A stretch of 64,000 nucleotides of DNA from Longimicrobiales bacterium (GTDB lineage: Bacteria > Gemmatimonadota > Gemmatimonadetes > Longimicrobiales > Gaopeijiaceae), in NCBI GenBank assembly GCA_965202805.1, contig OZ241869.1, positions 2,880,001 to 2,944,000 of the forward strand. The letters run 5' to 3'. The translations under genes were made by a program, and so were the position numbers. Numbering within the stretch: the stretch's first letter is position 1; each line of letters opens with the position of its first letter. Under the pieces are notes generated by a model. The model saw nothing but the letters and a program-made list of their open reading frames with translations. It had not been told where the DNA came from and ran no database searches. Below, one piece after another: positions 47,234 through 57,184 of this stretch.

Positions 47234-49390
47234 TCAACCGGCTGACACGCCGCCCTGCCGCATCATCTCCGCTGCCGCCGTCATCCGCTCCGCGAGATCC
47301 CGCACGGCGTTGATGTACACCCGCTCCCAGCCCGGCAGGTCTGCGCGGTCGTCCGTTTCGATCTCGTAGCGCAGCCCCGGCAGCATCCACGACGCGTAGC
47401 CGCTGAAGGGGTCGGGCGAAACGTAGATGGACCGGCTCCACGGCCTTCCCTGCAGGCCGCGATCGTTCAGCCAGGCCTTCTCGAGGCCGATGAGCGCGCG
47501 GTTCACGGCTTCGGCGGAGGCGGGGTCGACGCTGCCCGAGGACGTCCAGCGGTCGCGCGCCGCGACCAGGGCCCGCGCCGCTTCCTCCAGCTCCTGCGTG
47601 GACCCTGCCAGCGCCGAGAAGTCGACCTGCGCGCCCCGCGTCTCGGCAACCCGGTAGAGCGTCTCGATGTGCGTGCGCGTGTCCGTCGCGTAGCGGACCG
47701 GGTCGTAGGGCAGCACGTCGGCGTTGGCGAAGCGGAGCGCGAGGATGCCGTCGGCGCGGGCGATCATGGGGCCGTACACGAAGTCGGCGTCGCCGAAGCG
47801 CTCGTACCAGGCGAAGTTGTCGTAGTTGGAGTGGTAGACGCCGCCCGGGTTGCCGGACGACATGGAGCCGGAAGGGACTCCGGCGTGGGTGTAGAAGCCG
47901 ACGTGGTCGGAACCGCCGCCCAGATTTCCGAGCGCGGGTTCCGGCGCGCCCTCGGGCGCGCGCTCGAACCACCAGTCGTAGAGGCGTTCGCCGGTGCCGG
48001 GATGGGTCACCGCTTTCGTCGCCTCGAGGATCTGCCCCTTGAGCGACGGAGAGGAGGACGCTCCGAAACTCGATCCCGACACCGCCGCATCCGCATTGAT
48101 GTAGGCAATCGCGTTCGCCTCCAGCTCGTCGCGGAACTGCTCGACCCACTCCGTCGACCCGATGATGCCGTACTCCTCGGCGTCCCAGTGGGCGACCATG
48201 ATCGAGCGGCGCGGACGGCACTCCTCGTCGCGGGCCAGCTCGCCGAGCGCCTCCGCCAGGGTGAGCAGCATGGCGGTGCCGCCGTTGGGATCGATCGCGC
48301 CGAAACCCCACGGGTCGTAGTGCGCGCCCAGAATGAACCACTCGTCCGGGAACTCGCTGCCGCGCAGGGTGCCCACCACGTTGGTCGCCCGCGTGAGTCG
48401 CTTGGGCTGGTTCACGCGCACGCGCACAGTGAGGCCCGGGCCGCCGGTCAGGCGGTAGTCCAGCTCCATCGCGGCATCCCAGCCGGGCGGGACTTCGCTG
48501 CCGGTCATGCGCGACAGGATCTCGGCCGCCGCCTCGTAGCCGATGGGCAGCACGGGAATGGTGTGCAAAGCGATCTCGGAGGGGTCGAGGCGCTCGACTT
48601 GCGTGTCCCCGTCGAGAGGCAGCGCCGGAACGAACGGCGTGAGCGGATCGCCGGTCCAGGGAAGGGTCAGGACCGAGCCGCGCTGGATCGTCTGCCCGTT
48701 CATCATCGGCCCTTCGGGATAGGCGTCGAGTCCCGAAAAGCCGGGGTCGTTGAACATGACGACGCCCGCCGCGCCGCGCTCCTCGGCGAACTTGACCTTG
48801 TAGCCGCGGAAGTTCCCGCCGTAGCGCGCGATCACGATCCTGCCGGCCAGGGAGACGCCCATCGAGTCCAGCGCCAGGTAGTCCTCGCGGCGCCCGTGGT
48901 TGGCGTATACCACCTCGCCCGTGACATCGCCCGAGCCCGAGTACGCGTTCCACCCGTTGAGGAGTTCGGGGTGGCCCGAGAAGCGGTCGTCGGCGAGCGC
49001 GGGCTCGCGGTTGGAGAGTTGCATGGCCACGGGAGTGACGATGTGGACTTCCACGTCGTCGGTGAGTTCCGGCAGGTATACGTCGTAGGGGTAGTTCGCG
49101 ACCTCCAGCCCCGCCCGCTCCATCGCGCCGGCCAGGTACTCGCCGACGCGCACCTGGGCCGCCGAGCCCGCCGGGTGGGGCTCCGCGGTAATCGTGCGCA
49201 GGTGTTCGCGGAACGACGCGCTGCGGGGAAGTTCGAGGAAGCGCGCTTCGCAGGCGAGCTGGGTGGAGGCGCGGTCCTCGGTGAAGCCGCTGAGGGTGGG
49301 CTCCTGGGGGCCGGCCGAGGCGGGGGCGGTCGCGAGGACGACGGCCAATGCGGCGGGAAATCTGGCGGTGCGGGAAACGGGGATGCGCAT
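47234..49390 (-). CDS. M28 peptidase, glutamate carboxypeptidase II/NAALADase-like (PA + TfR dimerisation domains)
   Basis: Signal peptide; ARYGGNFRGYK, QRGSV, GDPLTP, GAHYDPW, GAIDPNGG, WDAEEYG, GGGSDH, YHSNYD. Confidence 0.92.
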   Translation of the reverse strand: MRIPVSRTARFPAALAVVLATAPASAGPQEPTLSGFTEDRASTQLACEARFLELPRSASFREHLRTITAEPHPAGSAAQVRVGEYLAGAMERAGLEVANYPYDVYLPELTDDVEVHIVTPVAMQLSNREPALADDRFSGHPELLNGWNAYSGSGDVTGEVVYANHGRREDYLALDSMGVSLAGRIVIARYGGNFRGYKVKFAEERGAAGVVMFNDPGFSGLDAYPEGPMMNGQTIQRGSVLTLPWTGDPLTPFVPALPLDGDTQVERLDPSEIALHTIPVLPIGYEAAAEILSRMTGSEVPPGWDAAMELDYRLTGGPGLTVRVRVNQPKRLTRATNVVGTLRGSEFPDEWFILGAHYDPWGFGAIDPNGGTAMLLTLAEALGELARDEECRPRRSIMVAHWDAEEYGIIGSTEWVEQFRDELEANAIAYINADAAVSGSSFGASSSPSLKGQILEATKAVTHPGTGERLYDWWFERAPEGAPEPALGNLGGGSDHVGFYTHAGVPSGSMSSGNPGGVYHSNYDNFAWYERFGDADFVYGPMIARADGILALRFANADVLPYDPVRYATDTRTHIETLYRVAETRGAQVDFSALAGSTQELEEAARALVAARDRWTSSGSVDPASAEAVNRALIGLEKAWLNDRGLQGRPWSRSIYVSPDPFSGYASWMLPGLRYEIETDDRADLPGWERVYINAVRDLAERMTAAAEMMRQGGVSAG

Positions 49391-49661
49391 GAGCGGGTCG
49401 CTTGTCGGAGGTGGAATCGGCAGATGCGTGCGTAGCACATCGCGGGAACCGGGTCGAGGGACAAGTTGCAGGCCGTCCCCGAATGATGCCACTGGCCACG
49501 CTTGTCGCTACCTTCACAGTTCATGTCCTTCACCGCCACCTTCCGCCCGGGAATCGAAGGGAGCCAGCGGGTATCGAGGTCGACATGAGCCCGGGCCGGC
49601 TCCCTGCTCCCCGCGCACCGCGCCTGACCAGCCGAGCACCCGAATCGAAGGAGAGAGGCCC

Positions 49662-50807
49662 ATGAGGAGGTTCACAGTTGCCTGTACCCAGGGGCTCGCG
49701 GTCCTCGCCGCGAACACGGCGTGCGCGGCTGCGGCGCCGGAGATGGTCGCAACCCCGGCCCCGGTCGCCACGACGCAGGCCACGGCCGAGACGTCCTCCT
49801 CCGCCGACGCACCAGCGGACGCGGGCGCACTTCCCCGGGTCACCATCGTGGCCACGGGGGGAACCATCGCGGGGGTATCCGATAGCCGCACCAGCTTCCA
49901 GAGCTATCGGGCCGGCTCGCTCGGCATCGACGAGATGCTGTCGGAGCTCAGGCCCCAGATCGACGAGGTCGCCGACGTCACCACCGTCCAGTTCGGCAAC
50001 CGGCCCTCGGGCGGCTACGCGATCGCCGACTTCTACGACCTCACCCTGGCCGTCGAGGAGGCACTTGAGACCGCCGATGCCGTGGTCGTGACGTCGGGCA
50101 CGGGCAGCATGGACGAGTTCGTGTACTGGCTGGACCTGACCGTGCAGAGCCGCAAGCCCGTGGTGATCACCGGCGCGATGCGGCCCTGGACCGTGATCGG
50201 CACCGACGCGCACGCCAACCTGTTCAACGCCATCGTGCTGGCCGCCAGCGGCGAGACGCGCTGCTTCGGCACCGTGCTCATGCTCAACGACGAATTCCAC
50301 GCCGCCAAGGAGGCGTGGAAGGGCGACGCCTACCGGATGGACACCTTCGTGTCGCGCGAGCTCGGCAACCTCGGCTTCATCGACGAGCTGGACGTGCGAA
50401 CCTACCGGGCGCCCCCGCGGGCGCAGCATTGTGCCGACCCGGAGCGCTGGATGACCCCCTTCGACCTGGGCGGGATCTCGAAGGACGACCTTCCCCGGGT
50501 CGAGGTCCTCATCGGATACCAGGGCGCCGGGCTGGACGAGGCCATCATGGCGTGGGCGGAGGCCGGAGTCCGGGGCATCGTGCTCGCCGGGGGCCGCGGC
50601 TCGGCGGAGGTGCAGGAGAAGGCCGAGGAAATGGGGGTGGTGTTCCGGCGCACCCATCGCTTCCGCACCGGCAACGACAATCTCTACCCGCAGAAGGCCA
50701 GGCTTCTTCTTCTGCTGTCGCTCGCCTTCAGCGACGACCCGGAGCAGGTGGACGCCTGGTTCGAGGAGCTGGCGGGGGCTGAATTCGAGATCGATCCGGG
50801 ACGCTAG
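49662..50807 (+). CDS. Secreted L-asparaginase-like protein (type II-like, divergent)
   Basis: ATGGTIAG, SGTGS in place of HGTDT, KPVVITGAMRP, NLFNA, PRVEVL, PQKARLLL. Confidence 0.8.
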   Translation: MRRFTVACTQGLAVLAANTACAAAAPEMVATPAPVATTQATAETSSSADAPADAGALPRVTIVATGGTIAGVSDSRTSFQSYRAGSLGIDEMLSELRPQIDEVADVTTVQFGNRPSGGYAIADFYDLTLAVEEALETADAVVVTSGTGSMDEFVYWLDLTVQSRKPVVITGAMRPWTVIGTDAHANLFNAIVLAASGETRCFGTVLMLNDEFHAAKEAWKGDAYRMDTFVSRELGNLGFIDELDVRTYRAPPRAQHCADPERWMTPFDLGGISKDDLPRVEVLIGYQGAGLDEAIMAWAEAGVRGIVLAGGRGSAEVQEKAEEMGVVFRRTHRFRTGNDNLYPQKARLLLLLSLAFSDDPEQVDAWFEELAGAEFEIDPGR

Positions 50808-50952
50808 CAGTCCCTGAATGAATCCGCCCGAGCACCAAGAGCGGCGAGGCGCCGGGCCGGCAGGGCATCCCCGGCCCGCACTTTTCCCCCTTTGCGCCCA
50901 TGGCTACGTTTTTCGCCCCACGCGAGCGCGCATGATTACAAGGATGTTTCGG

Positions 50953-53712
50953 ATGTTCCGGTTTCCGCGTCTCACCCTCGTTGCTTCACTGGCCGCCCTG
51001 GCCATCGGCACTCTCCCGGCCGCCGCTCCCGCGCTTGCCCAGGCGCCCCCCGACGATCGGGGCACCGTCGCGGTCGGGCTGCTGCTGCGCGAGCTGGACG
51101 GCGTGAAGCGGGTACTCATGACCGCCGCGCATCCGGACGACGAGGACACCAACACGATCACCACGCTGGCGCGCGGCATGGGTGCCCGTACCGCGTATCT
51201 GGCGCTCACCCGGGGCGAGGGAGGCCAGAACCTCATCGGCACCGAGTTCTGGGAAGGGCTGGGCATCATCCGCAGCAACGAACTCGTAGCCGCGCGCGCC
51301 ATCGACGGCGGCGAGCAGTTCTTCACCCGGGCCATCGACTTCGGCTATTCCAAGTCCGCGGACGAGGCGCTTTCCAAGTGGCCCCGCGAGGAGATTCTCG
51401 GGGATGTGGTGTGGGCCATCCGGCGGTTCCGGCCGCAGGTCATCGTTTCCGTGTTCAGCGGCACCCCGAGGGACGGTCACGGCCAGCATCAGGTTGCGGG
51501 CATTCTCACGCACGAGGCCTTCGACGTGGCCGCGGACCCGAGCCGCTTCCCTGAGCAGCTCGGTGACGGCATCGAGGCCTGGCAGGCCGACAAGCTCTAT
51601 CTGGCCCGGGGCGGGTTCGTGGGAGGCGAGTCGACGACACTGCAGCCGGGAGCCTTCGATCCGCTTCTGGCGCGCTCCTATCACCAGGTCTCGATGGATT
51701 CGCGCAGCCAGCACCGTTCCCAGGACATGGGATCGGCGCAGCCGATGGGACCGCGGCAGTCGATCCTGGCGCTGGTGAAGACGGCGCAGGGGGTCGATGG
51801 CACCGGGGGTTTCTTCGAGGGTGTCGACACGACCTTTGCGGGTCTGGTAGCGAAGGCCGTGCCGCCCAGCGAGGCGGCGCAGGGCGAGATAGAGACCTAT
51901 CGGGCGGCCATCGGGGTCGCCGGGGCCTCGCTGGATGCGATGGCGCCGGAGCAGGCCGGACCGGCGCTGGCTCGCGCCCTCGAGACGCTCGAGCGCATCA
52001 TCGAGCGTGCCGGCGGCTCGAACGCGCCTCCCGAGGTCGCCGAGGTGCTCGCACGCCGGCATGACCTGGTGCGCAAGGCCCTCCTGGCTTCCTCCGCGGT
52101 GCTGACGCAGGTGCGCGCGAGCGACGACCTGGTCGTGCCCGGCGAGTCCTTCGAGGTGCGGGTCGACCTGTGGAACGCCGGACCCTGGCGCGTGGAGGGG
52201 GCCGGGCCGGGGCTGGCGCTCCCGGACGGCTGGAGCGCGGAGCTGCTCGCAGGCCGAACCATCGACACGGGCGGCTTCGGCCCCCGCCGCACCTCGCTGA
52301 CGACCGTCTCCGGGACCTCGGAGACGCTCGCGCCGGGTGAGATCCGCCGCTGGGTATTCCGCGTGGACGTGCCCGCGGACGCCGACCCCTCCCGCCGCTA
52401 CTACCTGCGCGAGCCCCGGGAGGGCGACATCTACGCCTGGCCGGACGACCGGGCTCTGCGCGGCCTGCCCCACGACCCCCCCGTGGTGACCGGCGGGGTC
52501 CGCTTCGAGCTGGTCATGGAGGGCGGCCCGACCGGTTCGCCGACCCGGATGGCCCTCGCCAGCGACGGGGATGCGCGCTACTACGGGGTCGACCCCGCCC
52601 AGGGCGAGTTCACCAAACCGCTTCTGGTGGTGCCCGCGGTGTCGGTCACGGTCGCCCCCGAACAGATGGTGTGGCCGCTGGGAGACACCGGGGCGCGCAC
52701 CGTCAGCGTTCGCGTCCGCAACGAGGCGCGGGAAGGAGTCACCGGTGAACTCGCCCTCGAGGGAGTGGGCTGGTCGGTCCTGCCCGCCTCCGTGCCGGTG
52801 GAACTCGCCTCGCCCGGCACCGAGCGCACCTACACCCTCACCGTGGCCCCCGAAGCCGGCCAGGGCGGCGGGCGCGACCGCCTGACGGCCACCGTGCGGT
52901 CCGGCGACGGACGCGCCTGGAACGAGCGCGTCGAGCTCATCGACTACCCGCACATCGAGCGGGCGGCCCGGTTCCACCCCGCCGAACTCCGCACCTCCAT
53001 CTTCCCGGTCGCAGTGCCCGAAGGACTGCGCGTCGGGTACATCATGGGGACGGGGGACTCCGGGCCCGACGCGCTAGCCTCCCTGGGTTTCGAGGTTGAG
53101 ATGCTGGGGCCGGCCGATGTGCTCGCCGGCGACTTCGCCCGCTTCGACGCCCTCGTGCTGGGCGTGCGCGCCTACGAGGCCCGCGAGGACCTGGCGGCCG
53201 CCAACGAGGCGGTCCTCGACTTCGCCCGCGGCGGGGGCACCGTCGTGACCCAGTACAACCAGTACGCCTTTCCGGCGAGCGGCCACGCGCCCTATCCGGT
53301 GACGATCTCGCGGCCGCACGACCGCATCACCGACGAGAACGCGGCCGTCACCTTCCTGCATCCCGCCGCTCCGGTGCTCACGACGCCCAACCGCATCACC
53401 GACGCCGACTTCGAGGGCTGGAGGCAGGAGCGCGGCCTCTACATGCTGAACACGTGGGACCCGGCCTTCACCCCGGTGCTCTCCATGGCGGATCCGGGGG
53501 AGGCCCCGAAGGAGGGAGCGCTCCTGATCGCTCCATTGGGCGAAGGCGTGTACATCTACACCGGACTCGCGCTTTTCCGGCAGTTCGGGGACGGCAACCC
53601 CGGCGCCTATCGCCTGTTCGCCAACCTGGTCTCGCTCGACGGCCCAACCTGGCGGGAGTACCTGACGCCGATCCCGGATGCGGACGCGGGTCCCGCATCC
53701 GGCGTCCGCTGA
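50953..53712 (+). CDS. Secreted LmbE/PIG-L family deacetylase with Ig-like and C-terminal GATase-like domains
   Basis: AHPDDED, TRGEGGQN, DFGYSKS, HGQHQ, RSQHRSQ, QERGLY, GAYRLFANL; alternative starts 50932 and 50944. Confidence 0.9.
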   Translation: MFRFPRLTLVASLAALAIGTLPAAAPALAQAPPDDRGTVAVGLLLRELDGVKRVLMTAAHPDDEDTNTITTLARGMGARTAYLALTRGEGGQNLIGTEFWEGLGIIRSNELVAARAIDGGEQFFTRAIDFGYSKSADEALSKWPREEILGDVVWAIRRFRPQVIVSVFSGTPRDGHGQHQVAGILTHEAFDVAADPSRFPEQLGDGIEAWQADKLYLARGGFVGGESTTLQPGAFDPLLARSYHQVSMDSRSQHRSQDMGSAQPMGPRQSILALVKTAQGVDGTGGFFEGVDTTFAGLVAKAVPPSEAAQGEIETYRAAIGVAGASLDAMAPEQAGPALARALETLERIIERAGGSNAPPEVAEVLARRHDLVRKALLASSAVLTQVRASDDLVVPGESFEVRVDLWNAGPWRVEGAGPGLALPDGWSAELLAGRTIDTGGFGPRRTSLTTVSGTSETLAPGEIRRWVFRVDVPADADPSRRYYLREPREGDIYAWPDDRALRGLPHDPPVVTGGVRFELVMEGGPTGSPTRMALASDGDARYYGVDPAQGEFTKPLLVVPAVSVTVAPEQMVWPLGDTGARTVSVRVRNEAREGVTGELALEGVGWSVLPASVPVELASPGTERTYTLTVAPEAGQGGGRDRLTATVRSGDGRAWNERVELIDYPHIERAARFHPAELRTSIFPVAVPEGLRVGYIMGTGDSGPDALASLGFEVEMLGPADVLAGDFARFDALVLGVRAYEAREDLAAANEAVLDFARGGGTVVTQYNQYAFPASGHAPYPVTISRPHDRITDENAAVTFLHPAAPVLTTPNRITDADFEGWRQERGLYMLNTWDPAFTPVLSMADPGEAPKEGALLIAPLGEGVYIYTGLALFRQFGDGNPGAYRLFANLVSLDGPTWREYLTPIPDADAGPASGVR

Positions 53713-53817
53713 GCCGGCGGCCCCGTGCGACCACCGGCCAGCGCACATTCCTCGCGGTCCCGGGAACATCCGGATGCCGGCCCGGTTCGCCGTCGCGTCG
53801 GCCCCGAACATCCCCCG

Positions 53818-53845
53818 TTTACGCAGATTACACAAAATGCGTAAA
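53818..53845. promoter_or_regulatory. AT-rich inverted repeat TTTACGCA-N12-TGCGTAAA, operator candidate
   Basis: Perfect 8-bp arms at 53818-53825 and 53838-53845 in an AT-rich island upstream of the symporter unit. Confidence 0.5.
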
Positions 53846-54010
53846 ACACGTAAATCATCCGCCAACCGCGCCGCCGAACGCCCGGGACGGGCCCGGTCCG
53901 CCGGCCAGGAGCAGGACGCTCGCTTTCGCCCGACACTGGTCAAGGTCCTTCTGGTCCAGGTGGTCACCCTGATTCTGCTCTGGCTCCTCCAAGCCGCCTA
54001 CCACGGCTAG
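53837..54010 (+). CDS. Small single-TM protein preceding the SSS symporter
   Basis: C-terminal TLVKVLLVQVVTLILLWLLQAAY; stop 30 bp before the symporter ATG; start uncertain. Confidence 0.55.
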   Translation: MRKTRKSSANRAAERPGRARSAGQEQDARFRPTLVKVLLVQVVTLILLWLLQAAYHG

Positions 54011-54040
54011 CAGCCGGTGTAGCCTTCCAGCGACCCGCCC

Positions 54041-55732
54041 ATGCATCCCATCAACTGGCTGATCGTCGGCGCCTACGTCGCCTACGTCCTGGTCGACGGC
54101 GTCCGCAGGGCGCGTGGCACCAGGGAGGTCGAGGGCTACTTCCTCGCGAACCGCACGCTGCCCTGGTGGGCGGTCGGGCTCTCGGTCATGGCGACGCAGC
54201 TGTCGGCGGTGACCATGATCGGCACAACCGGGCAGGGCGCCACCGACGGGCTGCGGTTCGTGCAGTTCTACTTCGGGCTGCCGCTCGCGATGGTGCTTCT
54301 GGGCGTCACGCTGGTGCCGTTCCTGCGCGGCGCCGGGGTCTTCACCGCGTACGAGTACCTGGAGCGCCGTTTCGGGCCGCGCACGCGCGCGCTCACCGCC
54401 TTCCTCTTCCTGATGTCGCGCGGGATGTCGTGCGGCGTGATCATCGCGGCGCCGGCGGTCGTCTTCTCGGCGGTGTTCGGTTGGCCGCTCCTCTGGTGCG
54501 TCGCGCTGATCGGCGTCCCGACCGTCGCGTACACGATGCTGGGCGGCATTCAGGCGGTCACCTGGGCCGACGTCAAGCAGATGATCCTGATCGTATTCGC
54601 GCTGCTGGCCGTGGTGGTGGTGCTGCTGGTGCGGATGCCGGTCTCCCCGGGCGAGGCGCTGCACATCGCGGGCGCGACGGGCCGCCTGCAGGTCTTCGAC
54701 TTCTCGTTCAACATCAACGAGACCTACACCTTCTGGTCGGGGCTCATCGGCGGCACCTTCCTGATGCTGTCCTACTTCGGCACGGACCAGTCCCAGGTCC
54801 AGCGCTACCTGGCCGCGAAGTCGGTCGGCGCCGCGCGCACCTCGCTCCTGATGAGCGCATACTGGAAGATCCCGCTGCAGGCGCTCGTGCTCCTGGTCGG
54901 CGTGATGGTGTTCGTCTACTACCAGTTCGCGACGCCGCCGCTGCTGTACAACCCGGCCCACGAGAACGCGGTGGTGGAGGTGCGGGGCACGGAGTACGCC
55001 GCGCTACAGGACCGCTACGGCGAAGCGCTGGAGTTGAGGGAGGACGCTGCGCGCCGCGCGGCGGGGCTGGCGGCTCCCGTTGACCAGGACGCCGGGGGCG
55101 GGGCCGCCCTCGACGATTTCCTCGGACGCGAAGCGACCGTACAGGAGATCCGCGCCGAGGCGCTCGCCATGGCCGAAGAGGTCACCGGCGAGGCCTCCCG
55201 CGACGTCAACTACATCATCCCCCGCTTCGTCCTCGGCGAGCTGCCGATCGGGCTCGCGGGCCTCTTCATCGCGGCGATCGTCGCGGCCGCCATGTCGAGC
55301 ATCTCGTCGGAACTGAACTCCCTCTCGACCACCAGCATCATCGACTTCTACCGGCGCTGGTTCCGCCCGGAGGCGAGCGACGCCCACTACCTGGCGGTCT
55401 CGAAGGCCGCGACCGCGTTCTGGGGGGTGTTCGCCTGCTTCGTCGCCCTCTACGCGGTCAGCCTGGGCTCGCTGATCGAGGTGGTGAACCGCTTCGGGTC
55501 ATTCTTCTACGGCTCGATCCTGGGCGTCTTCCTGCTGGCGATGGTGCCACGGGCCAGGGCGGCCGGCGCGTTCGTCGGGCTGCTCGTGGGGATGGCGGCG
55601 GTGGCCCTCGTGACCTTCGGCGCACCCGAGGTCTCGTTCCTGTGGCACAACGTAATCGGGGCGCTGACGGTGGTGGGGGTGGGAGTAGTGTTGTCGCTGC
55701 GTGGGCGGGCCACCCCCCACGCTGCCGACTGA
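54041..55732 (+). CDS. Sodium:solute symporter (SSS family)
   Basis: YFLANR, SVMATQLSA, AYEYLERRF, GGIQAVTWAD, GTDQSQVQRYL, AAAMSS. Confidence 0.93.
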   Translation: MHPINWLIVGAYVAYVLVDGVRRARGTREVEGYFLANRTLPWWAVGLSVMATQLSAVTMIGTTGQGATDGLRFVQFYFGLPLAMVLLGVTLVPFLRGAGVFTAYEYLERRFGPRTRALTAFLFLMSRGMSCGVIIAAPAVVFSAVFGWPLLWCVALIGVPTVAYTMLGGIQAVTWADVKQMILIVFALLAVVVVLLVRMPVSPGEALHIAGATGRLQVFDFSFNINETYTFWSGLIGGTFLMLSYFGTDQSQVQRYLAAKSVGAARTSLLMSAYWKIPLQALVLLVGVMVFVYYQFATPPLLYNPAHENAVVEVRGTEYAALQDRYGEALELREDAARRAAGLAAPVDQDAGGGAALDDFLGREATVQEIRAEALAMAEEVTGEASRDVNYIIPRFVLGELPIGLAGLFIAAIVAAAMSSISSELNSLSTTSIIDFYRRWFRPEASDAHYLAVSKAATAFWGVFACFVALYAVSLGSLIEVVNRFGSFFYGSILGVFLLAMVPRARAAGAFVGLLVGMAAVALVTFGAPEVSFLWHNVIGALTVVGVGVVLSLRGRATPHAAD

Positions 55733-55760
55733 GCGTCCGCCAACCGGAGGGATATCATCC

Positions 55761-56267
55761 ATGCGAACCCCTGACCCGACTCGATTCGCCCTTGCGGGAG
55801 TCCTCGTGGCCGCCACCATGCTCGTCCCCGCGATCCGGGCGCATGCCCAGACCCCGATCTGGTCCGCAACGCTGACGGTGGCCCGGCCGGCTTCCGGTTC
55901 GGACGCGCTCGGCTATTGCCGGGGCGCCGCCAACTGCAGCGCGGAAGTGGCGCACTACGGCTCGCTGAGCGAACCCGCCTTCACGATCGGCGGGACGGAC
56001 TACACCGTCACCAGCATCCGCTGGGGTGCCGGCGGGGAGAACCACATCCACCTCACCCTGGATCGTCCCCTGGCCGACGAAGATCTGGCGACCCTCGTCC
56101 TCCAACTCGACGACGCCGGCCTGAGCCTGTCCGAAGCCACCGTCAACGAACCCTCGGACCACGGCTTCACCGCCAACTACACCTGGGACGGCGACGGGGC
56201 GCCGGATGAAGCCTCCACCGTCAGCGTCAGCCTCACCCGCGGACCTGCGCCGGAACGAGAGGACTGA
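55761..56267 (+). CDS. Secreted beta-rich hypothetical protein
   Basis: SD GGAGG; signal peptide ending AHA-Q; WSATLTV...LGYC...C...GSLS..FTIGG..YTV. Confidence 0.7.
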   Translation: MRTPDPTRFALAGVLVAATMLVPAIRAHAQTPIWSATLTVARPASGSDALGYCRGAANCSAEVAHYGSLSEPAFTIGGTDYTVTSIRWGAGGENHIHLTLDRPLADEDLATLVLQLDDAGLSLSEATVNEPSDHGFTANYTWDGDGAPDEASTVSVSLTRGPAPERED

Positions 56268-56411
56268 CCTCGGGGCGGGCGGCTCCGGCCTCGAACCCCG
56301 GCAGCTTCGGGTCTCGCGCTTGACGGACCCTCGAAACCGTGTCCCGGAGGCCGATCAGGATGTACCTTCTCCGGGCCCCATGCAGGGATCCGCGAGCGCC
56401 GGAGCGAAGCC

Positions 56412-56753
56412 ATGTCGACCAGGGACGTGCCGGAACAGGTGATTCCGACCGTGTCGGTGCTCCTGGCGCTGGTGTTTCTGATGACGGGCACCATGAAGCT
56501 CATCGGGGGGTGGTGGGACCGGTTCGAGGTGTGGGGCTACCCGGTCTGGTTCTTCTACTTCATCGGCGTTACGGAAACGGCCGCGGGCCTCGCCCTGATG
56601 CGGAGGCGGACGCGGCTGTACGGCGCGCTGGCCATCATGGCCGTGATGCTCGGTGCGCTCTTCACGCTGCTGCGGGCCGGCGACACCGACCGCATCGCGA
56701 TTCCCGCCCTGGCGCTCCTGCTCGCCGTTGTCGTGGCCAGTTATTCGAGGTAG
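56412..56753 (+). CDS. DoxX-family membrane protein
   Basis: FLMTGTMKL, FEVWGYP, IGVTE, MLGA. Confidence 0.85.
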   Translation: MSTRDVPEQVIPTVSVLLALVFLMTGTMKLIGGWWDRFEVWGYPVWFFYFIGVTETAAGLALMRRRTRLYGALAIMAVMLGALFTLLRAGDTDRIAIPALALLLAVVVASYSR

Positions 56754-56838
56754 CCGGCACACCGCAGTGTCGGGGACTCCGGCTTCGCCTTACCTTCGTC
56801 GCCTACCCAACACCACCCTGCAACTCAAGGAGCATGAA

Positions 56839-57177
56839 ATGGCAGACAAAGGATCCGGCAAAGGCACACTGGTGGTCTCGATCCTGCTGGCGTTGCTCTT
56901 CCTGCTGAACGGGGTCATGAAGCTGACCGGCGCCATGGTCGAGCAATTTGAGATGTGGGGCTATTCCGGCTGGTTCCAATACCTGATCGGCATCGCCGAG
57001 ACGGCCGCCGGCATCGGGTTCCTGCTGAAGAAGACCCGCTTCCTCGCCGCCGCGGCCATGATCCCGGTCATGCTCGGCGCGATCTACACGCTGGTCACAA
57101 ACGGTCAGGCGGCGCAGGCGGTGGTCCCGTTGGTGACGCTCCTCCTCTGTGCGCTGGTCGCGAAGAATTCGCGGTAG
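56839..57177 (+). CDS. DoxX-family membrane protein (tandem paralog)
   Basis: SD AAGGAG; FLLNGVMKL, FEMWGYS, IGIAE, MLGA. Confidence 0.85.
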   Translation: MADKGSGKGTLVVSILLALLFLLNGVMKLTGAMVEQFEMWGYSGWFQYLIGIAETAAGIGFLLKKTRFLAAAAMIPVMLGAIYTLVTNGQAAQAVVPLVTLLLCALVAKNSR

Positions 57178-57184
57178 GAGAGCC

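Noticed and set aside
49490..49512. Sigma54 promoter (TGGCCACGCTTGTCGC) upstream of the asparaginase
   Set aside because: GG-to-GC spacing is 11 nt rather than the required 10.
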